A stretch of 64,000 nt of DNA from IMG/VR virus record IMGVR_UViG_3300025391_000491; one strand, given 5' to 3'. Made by a program: the position numbers and the translations under genes. The stretch's first letter is position 1. Each line of letters begins with the position of its first letter. Below the pieces are notes generated by a model. That model was not told the DNA's origin and did not search any database. It saw only the letters and a list, made by a program, of their open reading frames with translations. The stretch comes from an uncultured virus (IMG/VR IMGVR_UViG_3300025391_000491). Its lineage: Duplodnaviria > Heunggongvirae > Uroviricota > Caudoviricetes. Positions 39,812 to 48,773 of the stretch are shown here, piece by piece.

Positions 39812-41851
39812 ATGGATAATTTTTTCTACAATCTAAACAAAAAGATGGCTGATCTGGCCAAACAACAGGATCTGACCGAAGGCGCCGTGAACGAACGCGA
39901 CATGGGCAAACACAACAATGCCACCACCGGTTTCAAGGCTTTGGCCAAGAAAGCCGGCAAAGAATATGGTAGCAAAGCGGCCGGCGAACGTGTGGCTGGT
40001 GCTCAATTCCAAAAGATGAAAAAAGCCAGCCAGCTGGAAGAAGACGGCATGGAAGAAAGTGCCTTACAAGGTTATCTTGGTAAAAAGAAATATGGCCCCG
40101 AAGGCATGCAGGCCCTGCAAAAGGCCGGTCGTGAACATGCAGGCAAGGCCAAAATGGACAAGATCCGCGATCGCTATGACAAGATGGACGAAGCTGACAT
40201 GGAAGAAGGCAATGCCTTCAGCGGCGCATTGGCCAATGCCAAAAAAGATCATAAAAGCGAATTTGAAGTCGATGGAAAAAAATACAAAGTGGTCGAAGCT
40301 GATCCGACTGGCATGGAGGAAGGTGCAGGTAACGAGCCCGACACCGAACACCAGATAAAACAACCTCGTCACAAAGTGGGCCGAGGCGAACTCAATCAAG
40401 TTGCTGGTATGCAAAATGTCAAGTCACACAATCGAGAGCATCCGCTCAAGAATGTTGCCAAAGGCATCAAGGCATTCGTCACAGGCAAAGAAGAACCCAT
40501 GGACGAAGAAAAAGAATCACGCAGCAAAGGTACAGCGTTTGATCCTGAGCACATGAAAAAAAGCAAAACCGACCGAGAAGGCACTGGCAACTTTGACAAG
40601 AAAAAAGTCAGTACCGGTACCGTGTACACTCGCCGTCACCGAGAAGATGACGAAGAAGAAGTCAAGAGCGATCAACCCAAGAAAAAAGGCCGTCCAAAAG
40701 GTCCTGCCAAAGGTCCTGAGCGTGTGACAGCCAAAAGCTACAAATACAAACAAGGTCGCCCAGTTAAAGAAATGGAAATTCCTATTACCAGTCAAGGCGA
40801 ATACGACCAAGAAGGCGACGAAGTCAAAGGCGACATGCACACCGTGATCCGTCATGCCCAAGAACTAGAAAAGCACTTGAGAGACAGTGAAAATCTACCA
40901 ACCTGGATCATTGAAAAAGTGGGCCAGATCAAGGGCATGATGACCAGTATCTCGGATTATATGTTGTCACAACACGAACGTGGCGCCGAACACGAAACCG
41001 GCCAAGAAGGAATCCGTATTGCCGAAAAAGCAGTCAGTGTCAAGCAACGTAGGGCTGCTGGCATAGCACATGCCGCACAAAAAGGCGAGATACCTAAAAA
41101 AGAATTGCGCGGAGCATCAAAAGCCATGGCCCAGATGCCAGCCGGAGAACTACACAAGTTTGCAAGCACCAAAGAAAAAGGCCTTCCAACAAAAGTCAAA
41201 GAAAACGGCAAACCAGACTTTTTAGATCTAGACAACGATGGCAACAAGACTGAGCCAATGAAACAGGCAGCCAAACAGGTCAAGGGCAAGAAAAAAGAAG
41301 TTGACGAAACCACTACCTCGGGCAGTGTGGCCACGGCTACAGCAGCTCCCAAAGCCAGCAAGGGTATGGCATTTGGCAAGGGTGTGTACGAAGGTGCCAT
41401 CGCTGAAAGTTACGAAAACAAGTTGAGCAACATGCTGGCAGAAGGCATGAACGTCAGCGTAAACATGGGACAAGACGAAAGTGGACAGATGCGTAACAAC
41501 ATCACAGTCAGTGCTGACGGTGAGGAAGCTGACAAGTTGGCCCAGTTGTTAAAACTGGCCGGCATGCATCATGAACCTGAAGCGGCCTGTGCAACTTGCG
41601 GAAGTGCACCATGCGGCTGTGCCGAGCAGGTAGACGAGAATCAACCCGATTGGCCAACCAACACCGAGACCATGGACGGACATGATCCACACATGCGAAA
41701 TCACTCAGGTGGCCTAAACGGTGCCAAGAGCAGTGGTCAGACCACTATACCAGTTCTTAACCGCAACAGACAGCGTCAGACCAGCATGGATGAAAATGTC
41801 GAACTTGAGCGCACTCTTTTTAAAACATGGAAGAATTACAAAGGCCAATGA
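39812..41851 (+). CDS. Modular, highly charged putative internal head polyprotein
   Basis: Many hydrophobic-X-E junctions; DUF3008-like, DxDxDG and GRP modules. Confidence 0.65.
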   Translation: MDNFFYNLNKKMADLAKQQDLTEGAVNERDMGKHNNATTGFKALAKKAGKEYGSKAAGERVAGAQFQKMKKASQLEEDGMEESALQGYLGKKKYGPEGMQALQKAGREHAGKAKMDKIRDRYDKMDEADMEEGNAFSGALANAKKDHKSEFEVDGKKYKVVEADPTGMEEGAGNEPDTEHQIKQPRHKVGRGELNQVAGMQNVKSHNREHPLKNVAKGIKAFVTGKEEPMDEEKESRSKGTAFDPEHMKKSKTDREGTGNFDKKKVSTGTVYTRRHREDDEEEVKSDQPKKKGRPKGPAKGPERVTAKSYKYKQGRPVKEMEIPITSQGEYDQEGDEVKGDMHTVIRHAQELEKHLRDSENLPTWIIEKVGQIKGMMTSISDYMLSQHERGAEHETGQEGIRIAEKAVSVKQRRAAGIAHAAQKGEIPKKELRGASKAMAQMPAGELHKFASTKEKGLPTKVKENGKPDFLDLDNDGNKTEPMKQAAKQVKGKKKEVDETTTSGSVATATAAPKASKGMAFGKGVYEGAIAESYENKLSNMLAEGMNVSVNMGQDESGQMRNNITVSADGEEADKLAQLLKLAGMHHEPEAACATCGSAPCGCAEQVDENQPDWPTNTETMDGHDPHMRNHSGGLNGAKSSGQTTIPVLNRNRQRQTSMDENVELERTLFKTWKNYKGQ

Positions 41852-42366
41852 AAAATCTACGAGACTATCTTGCTGAATCAGAATCTTGGATGCTGACACC
41901 AGCAGCTGGTGACGACTTTGGAATAGAATTGGCTGATGGCAGTCTAGTAGAATCCTATGTGTTAGAATCAGAATCGGGTGATGTATTGTTGGCAGCCACG
42001 ACAGAAATTGTCACAATGCTAGAATCGCGTGGCATGTTGAGCGATCATGAAACCGATGAAGAAATCGTTCTTGAAACCATGGGCTACGGTACCTTGGTTG
42101 GTGAAGAGGAAGACGAAATGGACGAGGCCAAATATCACGGCCGCGAAGTACCGCTTGGCAAGCCCATGAAGGGCGATGTAAAAAAATCAAAAGTGTATGT
42201 GAGAGATCCCTCAACCGGCAACATCAAAAAAGTAAACTTTGGTGATCCCAACATGCGAATCAAAAAAAGCAGTCCTGCACATAGAAAAAGTTTTAGAGCA
42301 AGACACCATTGCGAGAACCCCGGATCACGACTAAAAGCCCGTTATTGGTCGTGTCGTGCATGGTAA
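41848..42366 (+). CDS. Putative internal head protein with basic C-terminal module
   Basis: ATGA overlap; MKNLRDYLAE; MDE|AKYHG...SFRARH.C...ARYWSC. Confidence 0.7.
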   Translation: MKNLRDYLAESESWMLTPAAGDDFGIELADGSLVESYVLESESGDVLLAATTEIVTMLESRGMLSDHETDEEIVLETMGYGTLVGEEEDEMDEAKYHGREVPLGKPMKGDVKKSKVYVRDPSTGNIKKVNFGDPNMRIKKSSPAHRKSFRARHHCENPGSRLKARYWSCRAW

Positions 42367-42382
42367 TTAAAAGGAAAACAAA

Positions 42383-42862
42383 ATGAGTCAAGCAAATGTC
42401 TACACTTCGGTCGCAAATGCTGTCTGGTACACAGACAAATGTGAAATAGTGACCGAAACAGCGGTCAGTTACAATGTATATGTGGTACAAGCCGGCAACA
42501 AGCGTGTGGGATTAACTGGTTCTGTGACCAATGGAAGCAATGTCATGTTGACCGGTCAAGCTGCAGCCGGCATGGTCAATGCTACCTTTGTTACCGGAAC
42601 CGGTGTGGCCAATACCACTACCGTGGTCAGTGTGGTCAACGGACAAAGTCTTACCATGAGTGCCAACGCTACCAGCGACAGCACAGGCCCATACACGCTG
42701 ACCATGGGAGCTCCTGGCAACTTGTATAGTTCAGCTGTACAGGTGGCAGCCAACAGCAAACAGACAGTGTATGTGGGTTCCGGCAACTATCTCACTATCA
42801 CTGGTTCGGGATTTACTGCCAGAGAAACAGGTACAGCAACATCAGCTACCGCAGGACACTGA
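42383..42862 (+). CDS. Putative virion protein
   Basis: RBS aagga; Thr/Gly/Ala-rich beta composition. Confidence 0.65.
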   Translation: MSQANVYTSVANAVWYTDKCEIVTETAVSYNVYVVQAGNKRVGLTGSVTNGSNVMLTGQAAAGMVNATFVTGTGVANTTTVVSVVNGQSLTMSANATSDSTGPYTLTMGAPGNLYSSAVQVAANSKQTVYVGSGNYLTITGSGFTARETGTATSATAGH

Positions 42863-42864
42863 TC

Positions 42865-43242
42865 ATGCGAGCCCGCGAGTTTATAATCGAAGAAAAAGAA
42901 GGCAAGTTGAATCCTGATCATTCATCAGTGATGCCAACTGCACGCAGAATTCGTGATCGAGGCGGATATGATCGTACCAATCATATGAATCGCATGATGA
43001 TGGCATTGGCCATGCACGACGGCAAAACAAAAAATGCCATACCAAAAGAACAAATGGATCCCAACAGCTGGGTAGAAAAATATAACACAGCACATCCTTA
43101 TACCAAAGAAGAAGACAACATGATAGTCGGCGCCATGAAAACGCTGGGTTCAGATCATCATCATGTGATATCAGACCATCGCAGTATTGAACCAACAGAT
43201 GTACACAAAATCAGCCCAGTCAAAGGATTTGGCGGTTATTGA
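42865..43242 (+). CDS. Putative internal head protein
   Basis: N-terminus MRAREFIIEE. Confidence 0.65.
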   Translation: MRAREFIIEEKEGKLNPDHSSVMPTARRIRDRGGYDRTNHMNRMMMALAMHDGKTKNAIPKEQMDPNSWVEKYNTAHPYTKEEDNMIVGAMKTLGSDHHHVISDHRSIEPTDVHKISPVKGFGGY

Positions 43243-43278
43243 TCCATGAATATCACACAATCAACCAAGGAGTATCAC

Positions 43279-43992
43279 ATGAAAAAGTTTTTATTTACAG
43301 CCGTATTGGCATTGATGTCCATCTCGGCACAGGCACAAATCGCCACACAATGTCCACAGTTTACCGTGAACGGTACCCCCAAATATCAAGCACATCCGGG
43401 TGATCAGGAATTGTGCAAGACCAACTATGCTGTGATACATCGTTGTGATGTCAAAGCACCGGTTGCAGTATTTGAACACCTTACACCGGCAGTCATTACC
43501 GGCCCAGCCAAACGCAAAGACAATTTCAGACCCGATCCAGCTGTGACAGCCACGTGCCAAGCACAATTGGCCGACTATGCCACTGCCGGCAATATCTACG
43601 ATCGAGGACACATGGCACCAGCTGGCAACAACACTGTAAATGACGCTGTCATGAGTGAAAGTTTTTTCTTGTCAAACATGGTTCCGCAAGTGGCCAACAA
43701 CAATCGTGGTATCTGGAAACAGCTGGAAACCTGGGAACGTGATTGGGCACTCAAAGGTGGTGACTTCTACATCATATCGGGTGGCATCTACAATCCGGGT
43801 CACAAGGTCATTGGCAACGGTGTGGGTGTTCCTGATGCCTTGTACAAGATCATCGTTGATAAAAAATCTGGTCAGGTAATGGCCTACATGATGCCCAACA
43901 CAGCACTGCCTGTGGCCGACTTGCCAAAATACCAGACTACCATGACTGCGATCGAGCAGGCCACTGGCATGCAATTTAATTTGGGCAAGTGA
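43279..43992 (+). CDS. DNA/RNA non-specific endonuclease (NucA-like) with signal peptide
   Basis: RBS aaggag; MKKFLFTAVLALMSISAQA signal; DRGHMAPA; SNMVPQ...NNRGIW..LE. Confidence 0.92.
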   Translation: MKKFLFTAVLALMSISAQAQIATQCPQFTVNGTPKYQAHPGDQELCKTNYAVIHRCDVKAPVAVFEHLTPAVITGPAKRKDNFRPDPAVTATCQAQLADYATAGNIYDRGHMAPAGNNTVNDAVMSESFFLSNMVPQVANNNRGIWKQLETWERDWALKGGDFYIISGGIYNPGHKVIGNGVGVPDALYKIIVDKKSGQVMAYMMPNTALPVADLPKYQTTMTAIEQATGMQFNLGK

Positions 43993-44046
43993 TTGGCATC
44001 AACATAATTACTGTATGCGAAACATCAACTACAGTGATTTAACACC

Positions 44047-45606
44047 ATGGCCGACGAAGCCAATCTAGTCAAGGCGCCACATCGGCGCCAGACCTACACC
44101 GAAATCCAGCTGTCAGAATTTGTGGCCTGTATGGATCCAGTCACAGGTCCGCACTACTTCATGGATAATTTTTTCCATATCCAGCATCCAACCAAGGGCA
44201 AGATGCTGTATCGGGCGTTCGACTATCAAAAACGCCTGATTGACACCTATCACAACTACAGATACAGCATCAGCATGATGCCTAGACAGACTGGTAAAAG
44301 TACCAGTGCTGCCGGTTATTTGCTATGGATGGCCATGTTTCGCCCAGACAGCACCATCTTGATTGCTGCACACAAGTACACTGGTAGCCAAGAGATCATG
44401 CAGAGAATACGTTATGCCTATGAGCTGTGTCCGGATCATATCCGTGCCGGTGTGACCAGCTACAACAAGGGCAACCTGGACTTTGAAAACGGGTCAAGGA
44501 TAGTATCGACCACTACAACAGAAAATACCGGTCGTGGTATGAGTATCACACTCCTGTACTGTGACGAGTTTGCATTCGTGCGTCCCACCATAGCACGCGA
44601 GTTCTGGACTTCGATCAGCCCTACCTTGGCCACTGGTGGTAAAGCCATCATTACCAGCACCCCCAACTCAGACGAAGATCAATTTGCCTTGATCTGGAAA
44701 GGAGCCAATCGATGTGAAGACAGCTACGGCAATCCTACCGAGATCGGCATCAATGGATTTAGAGCTTATAGAAGCTACTGGAACGAACATCCAGATAGAG
44801 ATGAACGTTGGGCCTCAGAACAGCGAGCCCAGCTGGGAGACGATCGTTTCCGGCGCGAAATGGGTTGCGAATTCTTGATCTACGAAGAGACCTTGATAGC
44901 ACCAGCCAAACTGGTAGACATGACCGGAATTGATCCGGTCGCGACCATAGGACAAGTGCGATGGTATCAGACACCCAAACCGGGACGTATCTACACTGTG
45001 AGTCTGGATCCCAGTCTGGGCACCGGTGGCGACAATGCGGCCATACAGATATTTGAAGCCAATACCACCGAGCAGATAGGCGAGTGGAAACACAACCGGA
45101 CAGCCATACCTGAACAGATACAACTGCTGGCATCGATCTGCGCCCATATCAACGAAACAGTAAAAAATCCTGAAAACATCTACTACAGCGTGGAAAACAA
45201 CAGCATAGGTGAAGCAGCCTTGGTCAGCTTGCAACAGTACGGTGAAGAAAACATCAAGGGCTATTTTTTAAGCGAAAGCGGAGCTGCTGGCCGCACGTAT
45301 AGAAAAGGGTTCAATACCACACACAAGAGCAAGATAGCTGCCTGCTCCAAACTCAAGACCTTGATCGAAACCGGCAAGATGAAGATACGCAGCAGGCCTT
45401 TGATCAGCGAACTCAAAACCTTTGTGGCAGCCAAGATGAGCTATGCGGCCAAAATTGGTGAAAGCGACGACTTGGTCATGGCCACCTTGCTGGCTGTACG
45501 AATGATGCAACAGCTACAAAACTATCATCCTGAAATGGACCGTCAGTTGAGAGATTTCAGCGACAACCTGATTCCACCAATGCCATTTGTGGCCACATTA
45601 CGATAA
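44047..45606 (+). CDS. terL: Terminase large subunit (T4 gp17-like)
   Basis: PRQTGKST Walker A; YCDEFAF Walker B; ITSTPN; LDPSLG.GGD; DDLVMA. Confidence 0.97.
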   Translation: MADEANLVKAPHRRQTYTEIQLSEFVACMDPVTGPHYFMDNFFHIQHPTKGKMLYRAFDYQKRLIDTYHNYRYSISMMPRQTGKSTSAAGYLLWMAMFRPDSTILIAAHKYTGSQEIMQRIRYAYELCPDHIRAGVTSYNKGNLDFENGSRIVSTTTTENTGRGMSITLLYCDEFAFVRPTIAREFWTSISPTLATGGKAIITSTPNSDEDQFALIWKGANRCEDSYGNPTEIGINGFRAYRSYWNEHPDRDERWASEQRAQLGDDRFRREMGCEFLIYEETLIAPAKLVDMTGIDPVATIGQVRWYQTPKPGRIYTVSLDPSLGTGGDNAAIQIFEANTTEQIGEWKHNRTAIPEQIQLLASICAHINETVKNPENIYYSVENNSIGEAALVSLQQYGEENIKGYFLSESGAAGRTYRKGFNTTHKSKIAACSKLKTLIETGKMKIRSRPLISELKTFVAAKMSYAAKIGESDDLVMATLLAVRMMQQLQNYHPEMDRQLRDFSDNLIPPMPFVATLR

Positions 45607-45616
45607 ATAATAAATC

Positions 45617-48583
45617 ATGGCAAAAGAAACTATTGGAAAAAAACTCTACGATTTGCTGGCCACCCGGGACTATGACAACTTCCAGGCCCTGGACAGCGCC
45701 ACTGGCAAGGTACCCGTAGATCCCAAAACAGGTGCACAGAATGTGGGCGAAGCCAACATGTTTGTGTTTGACTGGAGCTCCAGTCGCGGCAAAAACTACG
45801 GTACTGCTGTGATCTTGTTGACCGACGATCATGATCTTGAACTGTACTTTGGCGACAACCTAGGCAAGACCATGGAAGATCGCGAAGACAAAAACGAGTG
45901 GTTTGCATTCATGGAGCAGCTGAGACATTTTGCCACACGTACCAATTTCAACGGATTCAGACCGCTCAACATCAATCAACTGAGACACAGCCTGCAAGGG
46001 CAAGCTGCCATCCGGGAAGGACTTTTTGAAAGCTGGCAAGGTCGCAAGAACATGAGCTGGAACGGTGTGGCCACCGAAGCCAGACTCATGATACGTCACA
46101 AAAGAGACCTTGGACCCGACGAAGCCAGACACAGATATGTGGAGAGCCTGTTCATTGAAACAGCAGAAGGTGAACGTTACAAATTGCCATTTGTGAATCT
46201 AGGCGGTGGCAAGGCCATGCTGGAACATGTGCGCCAGGGTGGCAGACCCTACGATACAAGAGGTCAACACATAGCCAACATGATCCAAGAGATCAATATT
46301 TTGAGCAGATTTGAACGCAGCGTGGCCGGCGATGCCTTGATGGAAGGCGATACTGCGCAACTGGTGACCGAAGCTCACGGGTACAAACACAGTCTCAAAA
46401 CCAATCTCAAACGTCTGGCTACCGGACGCGGATACGCAGACTATTTTGAATCATGGAATCCGGCCAGCATCACTGAGCAAGATGTGGTAGTGGAAAGTCT
46501 CAAGCAACTGTTTGTAAAACAGACTCTGGACACCAGGATTGAACAAGCACTGCCGTTACTGGCAAAGATACAACAACAAGGACAAGCTATGAAAGAAGCC
46601 ACGATATTTGAAGCCTGGGCCAACCGCCTGGTAGAAGGAACCTGGAGCCTGCCGGACACTCCAGAAAAACAGCAACAGCTGATAGATTTTATGAGCCAGG
46701 AACAACCGGTTGGTGCCGATGCTACAGATGCCACTGAGCAACTGTATGACATCCTGGGCGATGATCAGTTGTTTGATCGACTGAGTGAGTTGGCCGATCA
46801 GCACCCTGACAGCGATTGCCGCCAGTTGGTTCTGGACCGCATGCAGGAACTCAGCGATGATCCAGATGTGCGAGAGGCCTTGGAAAAACTCAATGTCAAC
46901 ACAGATGCTACCATGCACCCAGCGGCGGCTACTCCAGCCGATCTAGGCGGTGATAGCGATGGCGGCGACATCGATGAAAGCATGAGTGACCACCAGCATC
47001 ATGTGTGGACTGTGCATTTTGCCGACGGAACCCAGCGTCGTGTACCAGTAGGCAGCGATGAATTTGATTACGAAATCAAACGTATCCAGGATCATTTTGC
47101 CAAACAGGGACTTGAAGTGGTTGACGTGGACACAGATACTGCCATACACGGTGAACCACCCGCTGAACCAGAAGATTATGAAAAGACCGAAGGTGTCGCA
47201 GAAGGTCATGCAGACCAACAACGCAAAGTGTTTAAGAAGAATGGCAAGCCAGTAGGCGAAGTCGGTATTGACCGTGAATCGAGCCCAGGTGTTGGTCAGT
47301 ATTACATGAAGCATTATGCTAGTGGTAAAGATTTGTCTGGGTATGATTCATACGAAGAAGCAGTAGCAGAACTAAAACATTGTCTAAAACAAGGTGTCGC
47401 AGAAGGTCATGCAGACCAACAACGCAAAGTGTTTAAGAAGAATGGCAAGCCAGTAGGCGAAGTCGGTATTGACCGTGAATCGAGCCCAGGTGTTGGTCAG
47501 TATTACATGAAGCATTATGCTAGTGGTAAAGATTTGTCTGGGTATGATTCATACGAAGAAGCAGTAGCAGAACTAAAACATTGTCTAAAACAAGGTGTGG
47601 CGGAAGGCTCAACTACACGAGGTGGGTTTGGTGGTTCAGCCAGTCAAGCACATCACGAAATTGAATGGCTTAAGAATAAGATTGAAACACTGAAACCGTT
47701 GTTGACCAAGAAACCCGGTGTTGCTCGTCAAATACGAGATTTGGAAAGACAGATCCGTGAGAGAGAACTGGCTATGGCATATCACGATCAAGGTGTGGCG
47801 GAAGATGCAATCCAATCTTTACGCAGAGCCGCTGGCTTGAATGAAAATGTGTTACGTGATAGCACCGGCAGCACACTGGATCATATTGCTGATAAATTCA
47901 AACGTGACATCCGAGATTTTGAAGCCACAGGCAATCTCAGTGATGATTTGTTTGACGCACTATACGATTATTACCAAGATGACATGCCATACGGTGTACA
48001 AAAAGCTCGCTCGGGCGATCCGCACGATTGGATCGCAGATCGAATCACTCAAGACTTAGGGTTACAACCAACCGATCTTGATCCGTTTGAAAAATTCAAA
48101 TTGCGTAATAACGCAGCTCGTGACCAAGCAGGCATGCCACCCAATCCAGATTTCCAAGAAGAACGTGATCCACATTCGGTAGATGGCGGCATGGCCAATG
48201 CGTTGTTGGCTGACGATGCCGTCTGCAACATGAGCGATCATGGTCATCATTGCCCGGTACACGGAATTGAAGAATGTTGGGGTGCTGAATCCATGCCCGG
48301 TATGGAAGAAGGCGCAGTTGGAGCTGTAGCAGGTGCAGTACTAGCTCCTGAACTGGGACCACTGGCCAGCCGTGTTGGTAGCATGGCACAAGATGCCATG
48401 ACCGATTCAGATGACGACCTTGACGAAGAAGGATTTGGTCTCAACCCAACTCCGGCAGCCATGGAAGAAGAACGCAGTCCGTTGGCTGGCATATATGGAC
48501 ATTCGGGCAAGATGAAGGAAGTGGGCCGTGACGTCGGCTTTTTGGACAGACTGAAAGAGCTGGCCGGCATGCGACAGGCATAA
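45617..48583 (+). CDS. Large modular acidic protein with GVAE-delimited cassettes
   Basis: 988 aa; four GVAE junctions; exact 67-aa duplication; TAAATA at 45604. Confidence 0.75.
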   Translation: MAKETIGKKLYDLLATRDYDNFQALDSATGKVPVDPKTGAQNVGEANMFVFDWSSSRGKNYGTAVILLTDDHDLELYFGDNLGKTMEDREDKNEWFAFMEQLRHFATRTNFNGFRPLNINQLRHSLQGQAAIREGLFESWQGRKNMSWNGVATEARLMIRHKRDLGPDEARHRYVESLFIETAEGERYKLPFVNLGGGKAMLEHVRQGGRPYDTRGQHIANMIQEINILSRFERSVAGDALMEGDTAQLVTEAHGYKHSLKTNLKRLATGRGYADYFESWNPASITEQDVVVESLKQLFVKQTLDTRIEQALPLLAKIQQQGQAMKEATIFEAWANRLVEGTWSLPDTPEKQQQLIDFMSQEQPVGADATDATEQLYDILGDDQLFDRLSELADQHPDSDCRQLVLDRMQELSDDPDVREALEKLNVNTDATMHPAAATPADLGGDSDGGDIDESMSDHQHHVWTVHFADGTQRRVPVGSDEFDYEIKRIQDHFAKQGLEVVDVDTDTAIHGEPPAEPEDYEKTEGVAEGHADQQRKVFKKNGKPVGEVGIDRESSPGVGQYYMKHYASGKDLSGYDSYEEAVAELKHCLKQGVAEGHADQQRKVFKKNGKPVGEVGIDRESSPGVGQYYMKHYASGKDLSGYDSYEEAVAELKHCLKQGVAEGSTTRGGFGGSASQAHHEIEWLKNKIETLKPLLTKKPGVARQIRDLERQIRERELAMAYHDQGVAEDAIQSLRRAAGLNENVLRDSTGSTLDHIADKFKRDIRDFEATGNLSDDLFDALYDYYQDDMPYGVQKARSGDPHDWIADRITQDLGLQPTDLDPFEKFKLRNNAARDQAGMPPNPDFQEERDPHSVDGGMANALLADDAVCNMSDHGHHCPVHGIEECWGAESMPGMEEGAVGAVAGAVLAPELGPLASRVGSMAQDAMTDSDDDLDEEGFGLNPTPAAMEEERSPLAGIYGHSGKMKEVGRDVGFLDRLKELAGMRQA
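47190..47591 (+). repeat. Exact 201-bp tandem duplication (2 copies)
   Basis: 47190-47390 = 47391-47591; each copy begins aaggtgtcgcagaaggt. Confidence 0.95.
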
Positions 48584-48589
48584 ATATCA

Positions 48590-48630
48590 TTGTGACAGGC
48601 TGAAGCGCATGCTATAATACAACATGCGCT
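48590..48630 (+). promoter_or_regulatory. Extended -10 promoter enclosed in an 8-bp inverted repeat
   Basis: TGcTATAAT at 48610-18; agcgcatg 48604-11 / catgcgct 48623-30. Confidence 0.6.
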
Positions 48631-48681
48631 CAAAACTGATCTACCAAACTAACTCAAGCAACTTAACCAAAGATGTAGCAA

Positions 48682-48773
48682 ACACTGACAGCAGAGTGTA
48701 TAATCAGCTGTAAGGCAACATTTAAGGCAATCTTAAATCAACATTTTAAATCAACTTAGAAAGGCAACACAAA
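48682..48773 (+). promoter_or_regulatory. Candidate SSB autoregulatory translational operator (pseudoknot + A-rich repeats)
   Basis: acact/agtgt and acagc/gctgt crossing stems; aaggcaa x3; ttaaatcaac x2. Confidence 0.55.

Noticed and set aside
47190..47805. CRISPR-like repeat-spacer array
   Set aside because: Units are ~200 bp, in frame inside a CDS, the repeat is only ~16 bp, and there are no cas genes in the window.
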